From a phage: 64,000 bases of DNA. The position numbers were made by a program, and so were the translations under genes. The notes under the pieces are model-generated. The model saw nothing but the letters and a program-made list of their open reading frames with translations. It had not been told where the DNA came from and searched no databases. Below, in pieces: positions 61,803 to 64,000 of this stretch (position 1 is its first letter; the number at the start of each line of letters is the position of its first letter). The DNA lies in NCBI GenBank assembly GCA_014161675.1, contig GCA_014161675.1_4760.1; one strand, written 5' to 3'.

Positions 61803-63368
61803 ATGTTTAGTAGATTAAAAATGCTTGCGCGTTGGGCTGATTTTGACAACGACAAATACGAAGAACAAATTAAAGATAAAGCAGAGTCTATCGCCGCACC
61901 TAAAAACAATGATGGTGCTACGGAAGTAGAAATTAACGATAATTCACCTGCTAGCTCGTGGAACTCTCTTACCCAGCAATTTTACAGCACCGACCAGAAA
62001 ATCAGCACAACTAAGCAATTAGTTAACACATATCGCGGTTTGATGAATAACCATGAAGTCGAAAACGCTGTACAAAATATCGTTAACGATGCGATTGTAT
62101 TTGAAGAAGGTCATGAAGTTGTTTCATTAAATCTTGAGGCGACTGGCTTTAGTGAATCTGTAAAAGAGCGCATTCATGAAGAATTTAAAGATCTTTTAAA
62201 CACTATCCAGTTTGATAAGCGTGGTCAGGATATGTTCCGTCGCTGGTATGTCGATTCTCGTATTTTCTTCCATAAAATCATCGGCAAAAATCCAAAAGAT
62301 GGTATCGTAGAATTACGCCAGCTTGACCCACGAAATCTTGAATATGTTCGCGAGATCATTACAGAAGACACACCGGAAGGTAAAATTTATAAAGCAACGA
62401 AAGAATATTTCATTTACACTGTAGGCAATAGCTCTTATTGCGCGGGTGGTCAAGTATTCTCTCCCAATAGTCGCGTTAAAATCCCGCGTAGTGCTATTAC
62501 ATACGCTCACAGCGGCTTGATGGATTGCGATGATAAATATATCATTGGTTATTTGCATCGGGCTGTTAAGCCAGCAAACCAGCTTAAATTGTTGGAAGAC
62601 GCAATGGTCGTTTATCGTATCACGCGTGCACCGGAACGCCGAGTGTTCTTTATTGATACCGGAAACATGAACAACCGCAAGGCTGCACAGCACATGAACT
62701 CAGTGGCACAGTCTTTTAAAAACCGCGTTGTTTATGATGCATCGACTGGTAAACTTAAAAACCAGCAAGCAAATCTATCAATGACAGAGGACTACTGGTT
62801 ACAGCGTCGAGATGGTAAAGCAATCACCGACGTTACTACTTTACCCGGTGCATCCGGTATGAGTGATATCGATGATATTCGCTACTTTAACCGTAAATTG
62901 TATGAAGCGTTGCGTGTACCATTGTCACGCAGTAATCTCTCCGATGCTAATATGGTGATCGGTGGTGACGGTTCAGAAATTACTCGCGATGAGTTGGAAT
63001 TTTCGAAATTCATTAGAACTCTGCAATCACAGTTTTCGGAAGTATTGCGCGATCCTCTGAAATATAATCTGATTCTCAAAAATGTAATTACGGAAGACGA
63101 TTGGGATCGTGAAATAAATAATATCAAGGTGGTTTTCCATCGGGACTCTTATTATACAGAAGTTAAAGACGCGGAAATTTTAGAACGTCGAATCGGTCTA
63201 ATCGAACGTATTACACCTTACATTGGTAAATATTTCTCTAACCAGACAGTGATGCGTGACATTCTGAAATATACCGATGACCAGATGGACACCGAGAAGA
63301 AACAGATCGAAGAAGAAGCGAACGATCCGCGCTTTAAACAAACTCCCGATGAAATAGAGGATTTTTAA
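61803..63368 (+). CDS. 20: portal protein gp20
   Basis: 521 aa. Confidence 0.9.
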   Translation: MFSRLKMLARWADFDNDKYEEQIKDKAESIAAPKNNDGATEVEINDNSPASSWNSLTQQFYSTDQKISTTKQLVNTYRGLMNNHEVENAVQNIVNDAIVFEEGHEVVSLNLEATGFSESVKERIHEEFKDLLNTIQFDKRGQDMFRRWYVDSRIFFHKIIGKNPKDGIVELRQLDPRNLEYVREIITEDTPEGKIYKATKEYFIYTVGNSSYCAGGQVFSPNSRVKIPRSAITYAHSGLMDCDDKYIIGYLHRAVKPANQLKLLEDAMVVYRITRAPERRVFFIDTGNMNNRKAAQHMNSVAQSFKNRVVYDASTGKLKNQQANLSMTEDYWLQRRDGKAITDVTTLPGASGMSDIDDIRYFNRKLYEALRVPLSRSNLSDANMVIGGDGSEITRDELEFSKFIRTLQSQFSEVLRDPLKYNLILKNVITEDDWDREINNIKVVFHRDSYYTEVKDAEILERRIGLIERITPYIGKYFSNQTVMRDILKYTDDQMDTEKKQIEEEANDPRFKQTPDEIEDF

Positions 63369-63608
63369 ATGAAACAATTTATCGAAGCAATTAAAACTCG
63401 CGATCTAACGCTGATCGAAAAAGAATTTGATAAGATCATGGAGGCTAAAAAAGCCCAGATCATCGAATCCCAGCGTGTCGAAATCGCATCCAGTATCATG
63501 ATCGAAGGTGAAGAAGAAAAAGACCGCGATGATGAAGATATGGAAGATGAGGACGACGAAGACGAAGAACACAAAGACGATAAAAAAGACAAAGAAGACG
63601 ACGAATAA
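63369..63608 (+). CDS. 67: prohead core protein gp67 (acidic)
   Basis: 79 aa with poly-acidic C-terminus. Confidence 0.7.
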   Translation: MKQFIEAIKTRDLTLIEKEFDKIMEAKKAQIIESQRVEIASSIMIEGEEEKDRDDEDMEDEDDEDEEHKDDKKDKEDDE

Positions 63609-63620
63609 TAGGAAGCCAAC

Positions 63621-64000
63621 ATGATTAAAGATTTTACTCCTAAAGCTGACTTAGAAACTTTTCTGCCGGAAGCACAGGAAAAATTGGACATGTTGGCTAT
63701 GTTTGAGTCAGAAGAACTATTGAAAATCGTTGAAGGTATCTCCGAGGATGAGCCGGAACTGGCGGTAGCAATGCTGTCTATCATCGACGGAATTACTGTA
63801 AATGAAGCAATGGTTAAACATGTAAACGCACGCGGGGAAGTTGCACGTAAGAAAGATCGCAAAACCCGTGAGCGCAATGCTTACATGACTACTGGCCTAA
63901 GCAAAGCTAAACGCCGTCAAATTGCCCGTCGTGCTGCAAAAACCAAACGTGCAAATCCATCTATCGAACGTCATGCGGAACGTAAGCGCAAAAAAGCAAT
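63621..64000 (+). CDS. 68: prohead core protein gp68-like, 3' end beyond window
   Basis: ATG at 63621, open to window end; acidic N-terminus and basic C-terminal segment. Confidence 0.55.
   Translation, partial: MIKDFTPKADLETFLPEAQEKLDMLAMFESEELLKIVEGISEDEPELAVAMLSIIDGITVNEAMVKHVNARGEVARKKDRKTRERNAYMTTGLSKAKRRQIARRAAKTKRANPSIERHAERKRKKA

Noticed and set aside
63365-63877. 170-aa serine-rich minus-strand ORF
   Set aside because: Antisense to the acidic gp67 and gp68 genes (GAA/GAT repeats read as Ser/Ile codons); the plus-strand genes match T4 order.

Overview
This window is a T4-like (Tevenvirinae-type) myovirus genome segment. Calls rest on reading the six-frame translations and comparing them from memory with T4 proteins and domain motifs; no database search was run. 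Bases 1-35566 are almost entirely minus-strand early/middle genes in T4 order: nrdH-like, nrdG, nrdD, endonuclease VII, nrdC, dam, a hyperplastic block of about 45 small genes, rI, tk, regB, an M15 endolysin, 57B, 57A, 1, 3, 2, 4. Bases 35622-64000 are plus-strand late structural genes: 53, 5, 5.1, 5.4, 6, 7, 8, a three-gene methyltransferase cassette, 9, 10, 11, 12, wac, 13, 14, 15, 16, 17, 18, 19, 20, 67, 68 (partial). The strongest candidate for something unusual is the terminase large subunit, gene 17: it is encoded as two overlapping ORFs that each carry half of an atypically split intein inserted at the Walker B motif, with a zinc-ribbon plus PD-(D/E)xK nuclease module fused in frame behind the short N-terminal intein half. 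Other notable points are an early-promoter cassette with a gamma-class amino-methyltransferase inside the baseplate cluster, a TARG1/DarG-like macrodomain, a 2H phosphoesterase at the 57B position (Acb1-like), a Pol-beta-type nucleotidyltransferase, a polyglycine gp38-like adhesin in the hyperplastic region, an eight-gene paralogous family flanking nrdG/nrdD, and dispersed promoter-plus-hairpin cassettes with a conserved leader. No rRNA or CRISPR array was seen and no tRNA could be supported.
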